Assembly (NCBI GenBank): GCA_035307005.1
Contig: DATGMY010000197.1
Location: 1 to 33,572 of the forward strand
Origin: Flavobacterium sp.
GTDB taxonomy: Bacteria; Bacteroidota; Bacteroidia; Flavobacteriales; Flavobacteriaceae
Direction: 5' to 3'
Length of the DNA: 33,572 bases
Part shown: in pieces, positions 1 through 9,218 of the stretch
Numbering within the stretch: the stretch's first letter is position 1
How the letters are laid out: each line of letters opens with the position of its first letter
Made by a program: the position numbers and the translations under genes
The notes under the pieces: model-generated
What the model saw: the letters and a program-made list of their open reading frames with translations, nothing else
Told to the model about the DNA's origin: nothing
The model's database searches: none

Positions 1-525
1 TAAATAGATGTTTTGAGATAATTTCCATTGCGCACCAAAAGCCAATCCGCCAGAAAAAGAGGTTATTTTTCCGTCGATTATAATATGTTCATCGTTTCCT
101 TCGTAGTGATAATCAACAGGCAATTCCAATGAATAACTACCGTATCGAACAAACGGTGCTATATAAAATCCTTTGAAACTTTCCTTTCCGAAATACATAC
201 GTGCTTCCGGAGTGAAAGAAAAACTGGACATACTGATAGCTTTTAACTGAGCCGCTGTGGTTTTGTCGTCAACAAATGATTCTACGGTGTTTGAAAAAGG
301 CAATCCCCTGTTGGGCATCATATTTACAGTGGCACCTACAGTAATTTTTGGGGACACCAGACGTTCATATTGTACAGAAATAGTTCCGGTGGTTAATGCC
401 AAAGCATTTAATTTGACCATATTTTTACCATCTATCTCCGGTTTTTCGTTATTTTGTAGTTCCGCTTCCTGAGCAAAACCCATTTGGGTTACCAAACCCA
501 ATACTAATAATGCAACTTTTTTCAT
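1..525 (-). CDS. DUF3575-like outer-membrane beta-barrel protein (3' end runs off the window)
   Basis: Not in the ORF track. Manual translation from ATG at 525 gives MKKVALLVLGLVTQMGFAQ (signal peptide)...NMVKLNALAL...SVQYER...FTPEARMYFG...GFYIAPF...GGLAFGAQW, open to base 1. Confidence 0.75.
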   Translation of the reverse strand, partial: MKKVALLVLGLVTQMGFAQEAELQNNEKPEIDGKNMVKLNALALTTGTISVQYERLVSPKITVGATVNMMPNRGLPFSNTVESFVDDKTTAAQLKAISMSSFSFTPEARMYFGKESFKGFYIAPFVRYGSYSLELPVDYHYEGNDEHIIIDGKITSFSGGLAFGAQWKLSQNIYL

Positions 526-552
526 TTCAACTATTGTTTTTAAAAATTTTTG

Positions 553-560
553 CAAAAATA
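553..560 (-). promoter_or_regulatory. Bacteroidota sigma-A -7 box (TATTTTTG)
   Basis: Matches TAnnTTTG about 30 bp upstream of the ATG at 525. Confidence 0.55.
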
Positions 561-592
561 GACTTTTTAAAATATTTTACAACTTTTTCAAT

Positions 593-621
593 AAAAAAAG
601 AGGTATCCTTCCAGATACCTC
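593..621 (-). terminator. Intrinsic terminator of the 644-1618 gene
   Basis: 8-bp perfect stem GAGGTATC/GATACCTC (600-621) followed by a T-run on the minus strand, about 20 bp after the stop. Confidence 0.8.
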
Positions 622-643
622 CTCAAAATTACGAAAAGTATAT

Positions 644-1618
644 TTATTTTTTTATAAATTTATTTACCGTTGCTCCTATTTTCAAAATATACGTTCCGCT
701 TCGTAACGCACTTACATCAATTTGTGTACTGTTTTCATTGTTAACCGTTCCTGATAAAACATATCTTCCGGTCATATCATAAACAGTATATTCTTTATTG
801 ATTTTCTCTTCAAAAGACACATTTAAAATAGCTGTTGTTGGATTAGGGAATACTGAAAATTCAACTTTTTCCTGATCTTTAACAGATAAAGGATTTACCT
901 CAAAACGGTAAATGGTATTTGGACTAGGTAAATCATATAAACCGAAAGGCTCATCGTAAGGATCGTCAGACTCCACATATAAGGGAGTTGGAATAATACC
1001 GTTACCGTCTAAATAAGCACCCTTGAAATCCACATCTGTCATATAAGCCAAAATTGCTGTAACGTAATCATCATCATTTAGCATATTCAAGTTGGTAATA
1101 TTATGATCGCCATAATGGTATTCAATGCTGTTGTCTGTTTCATACAACCAAACCTGATAATTCAAAAACAAGGTTGAAGTTGAACTATTTTCCTCTTCTA
1201 TTTCCAAACCTACATTTTTTACTTCCAATTTCAAAATACGGTTTCCTGTAGTACCATCAATTTGATATGAAATCGGAGACTGAGAAGGCCCCTGAAAAGA
1301 AAAGTCTCTGTCCATAATATAAGCTGTAATAGGCAATAAGATTGCGAAGTCATCACCGAATACATCTCCCAAGAAAAACTGATCGTCCCAAAAACTAAAA
1401 TCATTATAAGTTTGTCCGAAAACTGACAACGGAAAAGGCGAAGTAAATGGACCGAAATCATCCCAATCCCAAACCTGCCCGTTGTTCATAGAAGTAGGAT
1501 TGGTAAGGTCTGTATAAGTCCCGGTATTTTGAGAAAAGTTATAAAAATCCTGAGAGGTCTGTGCAGAAGCCTTCAGAGAAACAACTATAAAAAGGGCTAA
1601 TAATGTAATTTTGTTCAT
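644..1618 (-). CDS. T9SS type A sorting domain (CTD) secreted protein with an acidic passenger domain
   Basis: Signal peptide ending ASA|Q. C-terminal VFPNPT...VYDMTGR...IDVSALRSGTYILKI...KFIKK is a type A CTD. Confidence 0.9.
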   Translation of the reverse strand: MNKITLLALFIVVSLKASAQTSQDFYNFSQNTGTYTDLTNPTSMNNGQVWDWDDFGPFTSPFPLSVFGQTYNDFSFWDDQFFLGDVFGDDFAILLPITAYIMDRDFSFQGPSQSPISYQIDGTTGNRILKLEVKNVGLEIEEENSSTSTLFLNYQVWLYETDNSIEYHYGDHNITNLNMLNDDDYVTAILAYMTDVDFKGAYLDGNGIIPTPLYVESDDPYDEPFGLYDLPSPNTIYRFEVNPLSVKDQEKVEFSVFPNPTTAILNVSFEEKINKEYTVYDMTGRYVLSGTVNNENSTQIDVSALRSGTYILKIGATVNKFIKK

Positions 1619-1639
1619 AATTTAAATTTTTGTTCTATA

Positions 1640-1670
1640 CAAAAATAGAATTTATTCCTTTATAAACAAA
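1640..1670 (-). promoter_or_regulatory. Bacteroidota -33/-7 promoter
   Basis: Minus strand TTTG (1670-1667), 19-nt spacer, TATTTTTG (1647-1640), upstream of the ATG at 1618. Confidence 0.65.
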
Positions 1671-1684
1671 TAATTTTCAATTAA

Positions 1685-2719
1685 CTACCCTCTAATCAAC
1701 TCTCCGCAAACAGGTGTTTGAAAGGCTTTTGAGAACTCCTCAGCGGATAATTTTTTTGGTAATAAAACCATCATTTTGGTAATAGCGGCTTCGGTGGTAA
1801 TATCGTAACCCGAAATCACGCCGATCTGTTTTAGTCCGGTTCCGGTTTCGTATTTGCCCATATCCACACTTCCTCCCCAGCATTGGGTTACATTGACAAT
1901 CCGAACACCTTTTTCAATTGCTTTTTCCAAGGTATTGATAAACCAAGGTTCTGTAGGGGCATTGCCCGAACCAAAGGTTTCTAAAACAATTCCTTTTAAA
2001 TCTTCGATATTTAGGATGGCTTCCAAAATATACTGTGTAATGCCCGGAAATATTTTTAAAACAAAAACATTTGAATCCAACTTCTTTTCAACCTCTAATT
2101 GATCTGACGTATAAAAATCTTCTAATAAATGTTCGTTTACTTTTAAATGAACGCCCGATTCTGCCAAATGAGGTAAGTTTGGAGAAGTGAATGCGTTGAA
2201 ATGTTCGGCAGAAATTTTGGTAGATCTGTTGCCGCGATACAATTTATATTCAAAATAAAGCCCGACTTCTTTAATTACCGGTTGGTTATTTTCTTTTAAA
2301 GCTGCAATCTGTATGGCTGTAATCAGGTTTTCTTTGGCATCGGTACGCAAGTCGCCAATAGGTAATTGAGACCCGGTTAAGATAACCGGTTTTGCAAGAT
2401 TTTTCAGCATAAAACTCAATGCCGAAGCTGTATAAGACATGGTGTCTGAACCGTGCAATACCACAAATCCGTCAAAATTGTTGTAGTTCTTTTCTATGAC
2501 TTCTGCAATGGTCAGCCAATGCTTCGTATTCATATCCGAAGAGTCTATGGGTTCATCAAATGAATATGCAGCAATCGAACAATCTAAAAGTTTTAACTCA
2601 GGAATACGTTCCAGCAACTGATCAAAATTAAAGGCTTTCAAAGCACCCGTTTCGAAATCCTTAACCATTCCGATGGTACCGCCGGTATAAATCAACAATA
2701 TATTGGATGGTGTTGCCAT
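1685..2719 (-). CDS. ansA: Type I (cytoplasmic) L-asparaginase
   Basis: Catalytic motifs IYTGGTIGM and HGSDTM, plus TGSQ and RGNRSTK. No signal peptide. Confidence 0.93.
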   Translation of the reverse strand: MATPSNILLIYTGGTIGMVKDFETGALKAFNFDQLLERIPELKLLDCSIAAYSFDEPIDSSDMNTKHWLTIAEVIEKNYNNFDGFVVLHGSDTMSYTASALSFMLKNLAKPVILTGSQLPIGDLRTDAKENLITAIQIAALKENNQPVIKEVGLYFEYKLYRGNRSTKISAEHFNAFTSPNLPHLAESGVHLKVNEHLLEDFYTSDQLEVEKKLDSNVFVLKIFPGITQYILEAILNIEDLKGIVLETFGSGNAPTEPWFINTLEKAIEKGVRIVNVTQCWGGSVDMGKYETGTGLKQIGVISGYDITTEAAITKMMVLLPKKLSAEEFSKAFQTPVCGELIRG

Positions 2720-2721
2720 AG

Positions 2722-3846
2722 TTACAGGTTATTCTTATTTACGACTGGATTGGCATACATTTCTAAAAATTTTTGTACAACCACCGGATTATTTTTATCC
2801 ACACGCATTTCTAATCTGCGTAAAAACAGTTGCTTTTCCTGATCGTTGTACATAGATTCGTATTGATTTGTATTGTTCAGCAAATCATAAGCAATGTAAT
2901 TTGTAGGCCACAATCTGTAATTTTTAATAATCTGATGGTCTATTATTTTGGTCAATGCCTGTATCTGTTTGGTGCTGTTGCACGTATCGTTTTTAATAGC
3001 GTCTAATTCCTCACAAAGTATGTTTCCTACGTGAATATGAATACGTTTTTTCTGACCAACCACACCGCTCATCAGATTGATAAAATCTTCATTTTTATCT
3101 TTAATATACTCAATATCTGATAACTGAGCTATAATCTGAGGCATTTTCAATTTGTCCGTAGGATCGTATTCATACGAAATAGAAACCGGAACAATCCGCA
3201 ACGATTTTAAATACTCTATGGTGTCGGGTTTGTCCGATGCCATCGCCATCATTTTCAATACTCCAGAGTGCGTGGCATCGTTGCCATCTTTGGTTCTTCC
3301 TTCGCGTTGTGCAATCCAGACCGAACGGTTTTCTTCTTTAATTAAATGCCGGATGTATTCCGACATCAGTTTAGAACTCATCAAGAGTTCTCGGGGAGAA
3401 ACATCTCTTTTTACAATAAAATTCCGGTTGAGTTTCGCCAAATCCATTAAAAAAGACTTCTGAACCAGATTATTCCCGACGGCAGAAGCGGTCATCGTAA
3501 GCTTTTGTCTCATCAAACAAACATTCAGCAGAGAAGTATCCAGCAAAATGTCCCGATGATTTGATATAAATAAATAAGATGTATCCGGTTTTAATTTTTC
3601 AAATCCCGAAACAGTAAGCCCTTCCGACGAGGTTTCCAAAACCCGTTCCATCGTTTTGAAAATCACTTTTTCGTGAAATTCCTGAATGGAGTGAATAGAA
3701 GTAAGCATCTTTTGAACATCTTCTTCAGTTTTATCAGGAAAAGTAAAATGTGTTAAAGATTTAAACATCGGATGATGTGCAATCGTTTGCAAACGGCTGT
3801 TTACCTCTGCATCATCGTAAAATCTTATACTATCGTACTTTGACAT
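2722..3846 (-). CDS. Glycerol-3-phosphate/1-acyl-G3P acyltransferase family (PlsB/PlsC-like)
   Basis: NHRDILLD (HX4D) and AQREGRTKDG acyltransferase motifs. Confidence 0.88.
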   Translation of the reverse strand: MSKYDSIRFYDDAEVNSRLQTIAHHPMFKSLTHFTFPDKTEEDVQKMLTSIHSIQEFHEKVIFKTMERVLETSSEGLTVSGFEKLKPDTSYLFISNHRDILLDTSLLNVCLMRQKLTMTASAVGNNLVQKSFLMDLAKLNRNFIVKRDVSPRELLMSSKLMSEYIRHLIKEENRSVWIAQREGRTKDGNDATHSGVLKMMAMASDKPDTIEYLKSLRIVPVSISYEYDPTDKLKMPQIIAQLSDIEYIKDKNEDFINLMSGVVGQKKRIHIHVGNILCEELDAIKNDTCNSTKQIQALTKIIDHQIIKNYRLWPTNYIAYDLLNNTNQYESMYNDQEKQLFLRRLEMRVDKNNPVVVQKFLEMYANPVVNKNNL

Positions 3847-3886
3847 AATTTATAGGAATATTGTAGTGCAAATGAAAGAAATATAT

Positions 3887-4666
3887 TTATGATTTCACAC
3901 CTTTTTTAAAAACTTCTAACGCATTTTCGGAAGTCTGTTGAGCAATCTCCTCAACACTGAGTCCGTAAATCGCTACTAATTTCTGGGCTATCAGACTTAA
4001 ATAAGACGATTCGTTGCGCTTGCCTCTGTACGGAGCAGGAGCCAAATAAGGCGCATCGGTTTCCAAAACGATGTGTTTTAATGGGATTTCATTTAAAAAC
4101 TGATCTATTTTCCCGTTTTTGAAGGTTACCACACCGCCAATACCCAATTTCAACCCTAAATCGATTGCGTGATGTGCATCCTCCAAACTTCCGGTAAAGC
4201 AGTGAAAAATACCGGAAAGTCCGCCGCGTTCTCTTTCGAGTACTTCAAATGTTTCGGGAAAAGCATCTCTGCTGTGAATATTGATCGGCAAATCAAATTG
4301 TTTGGACCATTGGATTTGTTGCTGAAAAGCTTCCTGCTGAATGCCGAGCGTGGTTTTGTCCCAAAACAAATCCACTCCAATTTCGCCAACCGCAACATAT
4401 TTTCCTGTTTCTAATTCGCTTTTAACAAAATCCAATTCGCTTTGACAGGTTTCTTTTTGTACAGAACACGGATGTAAGCCCATCATTAAATGGATTACTT
4501 CGGGAAATTGTGTTTTTAATGCGGTCATCGCGTCAAAATAAGAAGTATCTATCGCCGGAACAAAAAATTGCTGCACGTTTTGGGCTTTTGCCCGTTGCAT
4601 CATTTCTTCCCGATCGTCTTTAAACGCCTCGCTGTATAAATGAGTATGTGTATCTATCAGAATCAT
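3887..4666 (-). CDS. tatD: TatD family hydrolase/nuclease
   Basis: DTHTH, GLHP, GEIGVD, HSRDA, FHCFTG and LETDAPYLAP motifs. Confidence 0.95.
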   Translation of the reverse strand: MILIDTHTHLYSEAFKDDREEMMQRAKAQNVQQFFVPAIDTSYFDAMTALKTQFPEVIHLMMGLHPCSVQKETCQSELDFVKSELETGKYVAVGEIGVDLFWDKTTLGIQQEAFQQQIQWSKQFDLPINIHSRDAFPETFEVLERERGGLSGIFHCFTGSLEDAHHAIDLGLKLGIGGVVTFKNGKIDQFLNEIPLKHIVLETDAPYLAPAPYRGKRNESSYLSLIAQKLVAIYGLSVEEIAQQTSENALEVFKKGVKS

Positions 4667-4695
4667 TTCGTATTTTTAACGTCAAATTTTAATCT

Positions 4696-5133
4696 ATGAG
4701 CGCTATCGCTACTTTTTTGGAACATCAGGGATATAACAAAATCCCTTTTCGTATCCGCAAATCCAATCACTTGTATTTAAATGCCCGAATAAACGGTGTA
4801 AAAGGACTTTTTTTATTGGATACCGGTGCTTCAACAACCTGTATCGACCTTAATCAACAATCGGTTTTTCTTCTTGATTCCAGCCAGAGCAATGTCAAAG
4901 CGTCGGGTGCCGGTTCTAATGATCTTTACACCGAAGTTTCCAAAGGAAACCGGATCCAACTGGGCAAGTGGAAAAGTAACAACAATACTTTTGTACTTTT
5001 AGATCTCACTCACGTAAATATTGCTTTAGATCAATACGGATTGCCCAAGGTGCAGGGAATTATCGGCAGCGACTTGTTGAAAAAACATCACGGTGTCATC
5101 GATTATTCGTCGCGCTTATTGTTTATCCGATGA
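4696..5133 (+). CDS. Retropepsin-like aspartic protease
   Basis: FLLDTGAS catalytic motif and GIIGSDLL, in a single-lobe 145 aa protein. Confidence 0.88.
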   Translation: MSAIATFLEHQGYNKIPFRIRKSNHLYLNARINGVKGLFLLDTGASTTCIDLNQQSVFLLDSSQSNVKASGAGSNDLYTEVSKGNRIQLGKWKSNNNTFVLLDLTHVNIALDQYGLPKVQGIIGSDLLKKHHGVIDYSSRLLFIR

Positions 5134-5700
5134 TTGATTTTTCCATTCAGTTGCCACCAATTCCAATTCCTTGTACCAATCTTCGCCAAATTTGCGGATC
5201 AATGGGGCTTTTAAAAACTTGTAAACCGGAACTTCCAGTTCTTTTCCCAACGTACAGGCATCGTCACAAATATACCAACGGTGGTAATTGACCGCAGAAA
5301 ATTGTGAATATTCTTTGATGCGTATGGGATAAAGATGACAGGAAATCGGTTTTTTATAGTCTAATTTTCCTTCGTTGTACGCTTGTTCGATACCGCACAG
5401 TGCAGTGTCTTCGTCAAAAATCACGTAAGCACATTCACTGCCGTTGACGAGCGGTGTTTCGTATTCACCATCTTCACCAACGACCCAGGCTCCTTGTGCT
5501 TCAATAGCCGCGATTCCTTCCGGACGCAAATATGATTTTATCGTTGGATAAATTTGTTCTAAGACTTGGGTTTCTTCTTCCAGCAAAGGAGCTCCCGCAT
5601 CACCGTCCACACAACATTGACCTTTGCAAGCAGATAAGTTGCACACAAAATCGTTTTCAATAATTTCTTCTGAAACGACTGTATTTCCTATTTGAAACAT
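5116..5700 (-). CDS. DUF3109-like Cys-rich protein (YkgJ-like Zn/Fe-S cluster)
   Basis: FVCNLSACKGQCCVDGDAGAPL, ECAYV, CGIE and KPISCHLYPIR. Confidence 0.85.
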   Translation of the reverse strand: MFQIGNTVVSEEIIENDFVCNLSACKGQCCVDGDAGAPLLEEETQVLEQIYPTIKSYLRPEGIAAIEAQGAWVVGEDGEYETPLVNGSECAYVIFDEDTALCGIEQAYNEGKLDYKKPISCHLYPIRIKEYSQFSAVNYHRWYICDDACTLGKELEVPVYKFLKAPLIRKFGEDWYKELELVATEWKNQSSDKQ

Positions 5701-5720
5701 AAAATTATCATTTTCAGCAG

Positions 5721-5728
5721 CAAAGTTA
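5721..5728 (-). promoter_or_regulatory. -7 box (TAACTTTG) for the DUF3109-like gene
   Basis: Exact TAnnTTTG match 20 bp upstream of the ATG. Confidence 0.6.
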
Positions 5729-5823
5729 CAATTATTTTATACGCTTTTGAAAATAAAGTTTTTTGTTGATTTTTTATATTATAACACTTCGTTAAAAAAA
5801 ATATTAGTATTAACCTAGGCATC

Positions 5824-5871
5824 GGGCTAAAGCCTCTTAGGAGAATTTACAGAATGGGCTAAAGTCCATTC
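5824..5871. repeat. REP-like doublet with GGGCTAAAG core
   Basis: GGGCTAAAGCCT (5824-5835) and the hairpin GAATGGGCT-AA-AGTCCATTC (5852-5871). Confidence 0.65.
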
Positions 5872-6050
5872 CAATGGATAAAAATAATCGACCTCAGGTT
5901 ATTAGTAAACATATATTTTATTAACAATCAAATATTTACAAAAGCAATGAACTATTGAGAGGACATACTTGAATTTATAACAACAATCCAGAAATCAAAG
6001 ATTCGGCGAAATCAAAGAGCGGTGCATCAGTATGTAATGCAGCATATATA

Positions 6051-6130
6051 GCCCTTTCAGGGCATTTTTGGTATTGGTTTATATCGTAAGGCGTTGCCTT
6101 ACGTTAATAATACAAAGGCTTTCAGCCTTT
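6051..6130. repeat. Three-hairpin REP-like element
   Basis: GCCCT-TTC-AGGGC (6051-6063), CGTAAGGC-GTT-GCCTTACG (6085-6103) and AAAGGCT-TTC-AGCCTTT (6114-6130). All are perfect stems with 3-nt loops. Confidence 0.75.
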
Positions 6131-6437
6131 TGCCTAAAATAAATGCGTAGATAATATTCAATCAAACACTTACAAAAAAACAACGAACTATTGTAGGCTT
6201 GTCATTTTGTTTAATGCTTTTTAATCTGATATTTGAACCGGGGTAATTCTTGAAAAATCATACTTTTATGCATCTTGAAGATATATGCAAAACAATGATA
6301 GTCAATAAATTATCTTGATTTACAACTACTTGTTTTTCTGATAATCAAATATTTAATTTATTTTTTAACGGGCTATTGATATTAGATATTCTATATTTAC
6401 TCTACCATAAATTTTGGTAAAAAGAAAGATGATATAA

Positions 6438-7304
6438 ATGATTACAGTAATTATACCTTTATATAATAAAGAACGAAGTATTTTGAAAACCGTTTCCTCT
6501 GTACTAACACAGAGTTTTACAGAGTTTGAGTTATTAATCGTAAATGACGGATCTACGGACAATAGCCTTCAAATGGTTTCTTCTTTAAAAGACCCGCGTT
6601 TAAGGATTATAAATAAGGAAAACGGTGGAGTGTCTTCTGCCAGAAATACCGGCATAAAAGAAGCCACAAACGAATGGATTGCTTTATTGGATGCAGATGA
6701 CTTGTGGAAAGAAGATCATTTGAAAAATTTTTATAATAGTATAAATCAAAACCCTGAAGCACGAGTGATAAGCAGCGGTTATCAAGTAGCCAAAGCAGAC
6801 GGTACGATCCTCACATCAACGGCTGTTTCAAAAGAAGGTTTTTATAACTTTTTTCAGATCAGCTTACAAAAAAGGTTTATTGTAAACAGTTCTTCTATTA
6901 TTTTCAATAAGAGTTTCTATAAAAACCTGTTGTTCAACGAACAGCTTTCTAAAGGAGAAGATCTTTGGTTTTGGGAGCAACTGGCGAAAAGAGCTCCGTT
7001 TTACCTGCTGCCGGATTTTACCAGTATTTACATTGACGATTCGGAAAACAAAGCGGTTTATCAACCTCATCCTTTAGAAAAAACGCACGTTTATCTGATA
7101 GACAGTAAACTAATTACCGACAAACATCAAAAAAAATATTATATCAACTTGATCCTTCACAGTGTTTTCTTGTTTTTTGAAAAGCAACAAACCTTGAAAG
7201 ATGCTCTGAAAATTTATCAGAAACACAGGGGGTTTATAGGTCTCAAAGGATTTTACGTTTTTGCCCGTATTATTTTTCAGAAACGTTTTAACGATAAAAT
7301 ATAA
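6438..7304 (+). CDS. Glycosyltransferase family 2
   Basis: VIIPLYNKE, VNDGSTD, NGGVSSARNTG, LLDADD and GEDL motifs. Confidence 0.93.
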   Translation: MITVIIPLYNKERSILKTVSSVLTQSFTEFELLIVNDGSTDNSLQMVSSLKDPRLRIINKENGGVSSARNTGIKEATNEWIALLDADDLWKEDHLKNFYNSINQNPEARVISSGYQVAKADGTILTSTAVSKEGFYNFFQISLQKRFIVNSSSIIFNKSFYKNLLFNEQLSKGEDLWFWEQLAKRAPFYLLPDFTSIYIDDSENKAVYQPHPLEKTHVYLIDSKLITDKHQKKYYINLILHSVFLFFEKQQTLKDALKIYQKHRGFIGLKGFYVFARIIFQKRFNDKI

Positions 7305-8458
7305 AAAACAAAAAAAACAGTCATAACAGGGACGCTCGAAAAGAAGCTTCCTGCAAGAAACACAACCGTAAAAAGAAACACGATTAAAAAGCGGCTTTTA
7401 ATCAAATGAAAAGGGAAAATATATTTAAAGAACAATAATAAATAAAGAATTGTTCCTATACATCCAAACGTCAGCAATAAATCAATTATTTCAAATTCAA
7501 TTTTTCTGAGAGAATTATCAAATCCACCAAAAAAATAGTTTAATACCGTCCATTTTTCCGTGACATAAGGAATAAACAATCCCTTGAATTGCTCGCTTCG
7601 CAAAGACGTAAGCATTGCAATAAGTCCATCCTTTTGATACACTTTCGATAAAACACCAAAATGATTCGGAAGTAAATCGTTTAGCAAATAATCTTTTAAT
7701 AAAAACGGGGCGAAAACAAATGCAAGCAACGTTAGTCCAAAAAGCTTTTTACTTTTTTGGAAAACGAGAAAAGCTACGAACAACGCTAAAAACAGCAAAG
7801 TTGCCTTGGTTGCCAGTAAAAAGACAAATAATACAGAAAACAATAAATGATAAAGGTTTGTTTTTGAAGGAGTTTCTTTGTATTGATAGTAAAAATAAAT
7901 GATATAAATGATTATGATATAGCTTGCATGAGTCACGTTGCGTATAAGTCCGTTGAATCCAAAGCGAGTATCTATCTGATAAGCTGAAAACAATTGATAA
8001 CCGACAAAAAACCCTGCAAGTGCTGCAATTAGGTTCACATAGAAATATCCTGTAAAACACTGTTTCAAAAATAAATAAGATGTTTCTAAATTAAAGGAAG
8101 GCTGTCTTGTAAACGAACGATATGCAAGGTAAAGCAAAAATATAAAGAGGTACCAGTTTATGATATAAAAATTGGATTTTAGATTGATCCAGTAATCAAA
8201 ATCTGTATTAAGAAAAAACAATCCAACACTATGAAAAAAAATCAGCAAAACCACACCAATGTATAGAAATCTGTCTTTGAAAGAAACGTTTTTTATGATA
8301 TACACAACTGCCAGAAATTCAAACAGACCTTTCACAATTTGTGAAGTATGGATAAGCGGATTATTATAATGCATACCTGCTTTACTAATAAAATCAGATA
8401 GTACAAAAAGAAGAAACAACCCTCCTAACAGATATTTTGCAATGATCTTTCTAAACAT
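7277..8458 (-). CDS. Multi-pass membrane protein, Wzy/O-antigen ligase-like
   Basis: About 10 hydrophobic segments, RFGFNGL loop, LATKA, and a periplasmic loop ending FFGG...EFEIIDLLLTFGCIG. Lies in the glycan cluster. Confidence 0.65.
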   Translation of the reverse strand: MFRKIIAKYLLGGLFLLFVLSDFISKAGMHYNNPLIHTSQIVKGLFEFLAVVYIIKNVSFKDRFLYIGVVLLIFFHSVGLFFLNTDFDYWINLKSNFYIINWYLFIFLLYLAYRSFTRQPSFNLETSYLFLKQCFTGYFYVNLIAALAGFFVGYQLFSAYQIDTRFGFNGLIRNVTHASYIIIIYIIYFYYQYKETPSKTNLYHLLFSVLFVFLLATKATLLFLALFVAFLVFQKSKKLFGLTLLAFVFAPFLLKDYLLNDLLPNHFGVLSKVYQKDGLIAMLTSLRSEQFKGLFIPYVTEKWTVLNYFFGGFDNSLRKIEFEIIDLLLTFGCIGTILYLLLFFKYIFPFHLIKSRFLIVFLFTVVFLAGSFFSSVPVMTVFFVFYILSLKRF

Positions 8459-9218
8459 TTCTAAAAAAATATTTAAAATTCCATTTCCAAAGAAATTTTA
8501 AAATGCTGGTAAGATTCCAATAATTATATTTACTCCAAATATTTTTGGAACTCAGTTCATTGAGATGGTGGTAAATAAATGTATGTTCCACACCAATTAT
8601 TTTCATTTTTCTTGTTTTACACTCAAAACAAATGTCTATATCTTCACAATAAAGCCGGTATCTTTCATCCAACAGATGATCTCCCTTTTTCAAAAGTTTT
8701 TTACTTATAAGTAAACAAGCCCCTAATGCCCAGTCAATTTGTGAAGGTTTTGCCTGCTTTTCATCGGTTGCTTTCATTTTTCCCAGTCTTTTTTTCAATA
8801 CATTCCAAAAACCGGGGAATTTTTTCCAGGTGACCTGCAGTCTGCCATCGGGATAATAAATCAACGGAGCAGCAATCGCAGCTTCTTTTTCTTTACGGAT
8901 ACTTTTTACTAATTCTAAAAGGAAATCTTGTGTAAAAAAAACATCCGGGTTTAATAATAAATAGTAGTCAGACGAAAGGTTAAAATGTCTGATTAAATCA
9001 TTATTATTTTTAGCAAATCCTTCCAGCGTTTTTTTGAATAAAATATTTTTTTTAAAAATACTGTTTTTTAAAATCTCTATTGTTTCATCAGCGGAGCTTG
9101 CATCACAAAAGTAAACATCTTTGTAATTGAACTGCTCCAAACTTTTTATAAGTTTCTCAAGATATTTTCCATGATTATGGGTTACTATTAATATAGAAAC
9201 ATTGTAATCAGTCTGCAT
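8451..9218 (-). CDS. Glycosyltransferase family 2 (WbbL/rhamnosyltransferase-like)
   Basis: SILIVTHN, GFAKNNN, LLLNPD, GACLLI, DERYRLYCEDID and IYHH. Confidence 0.88.
   Translation of the reverse strand: MQTDYNVSILIVTHNHGKYLEKLIKSLEQFNYKDVYFCDASSADETIEILKNSIFKKNILFKKTLEGFAKNNNDLIRHFNLSSDYYLLLNPDVFFTQDFLLELVKSIRKEKEAAIAAPLIYYPDGRLQVTWKKFPGFWNVLKKRLGKMKATDEKQAKPSQIDWALGACLLISKKLLKKGDHLLDERYRLYCEDIDICFECKTRKMKIIGVEHTFIYHHLNELSSKNIWSKYNYWNLTSILKFLWKWNFKYFFRNV

Noticed and set aside
5947-6037. Possible decayed DUF433-like gene (fragments MNY*, FIT, NPEI, RFG, CI)
   Set aside because: It needs a stop readthrough and two frameshifts in 90 bp and overlaps a short repeat, so it cannot be told from chance without a search.
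5701-6437. CRISPR array, tRNA or oriC in the long intergenic region
   Set aside because: I saw no regular repeat-spacer period, cloverleaf or DnaA-box cluster.
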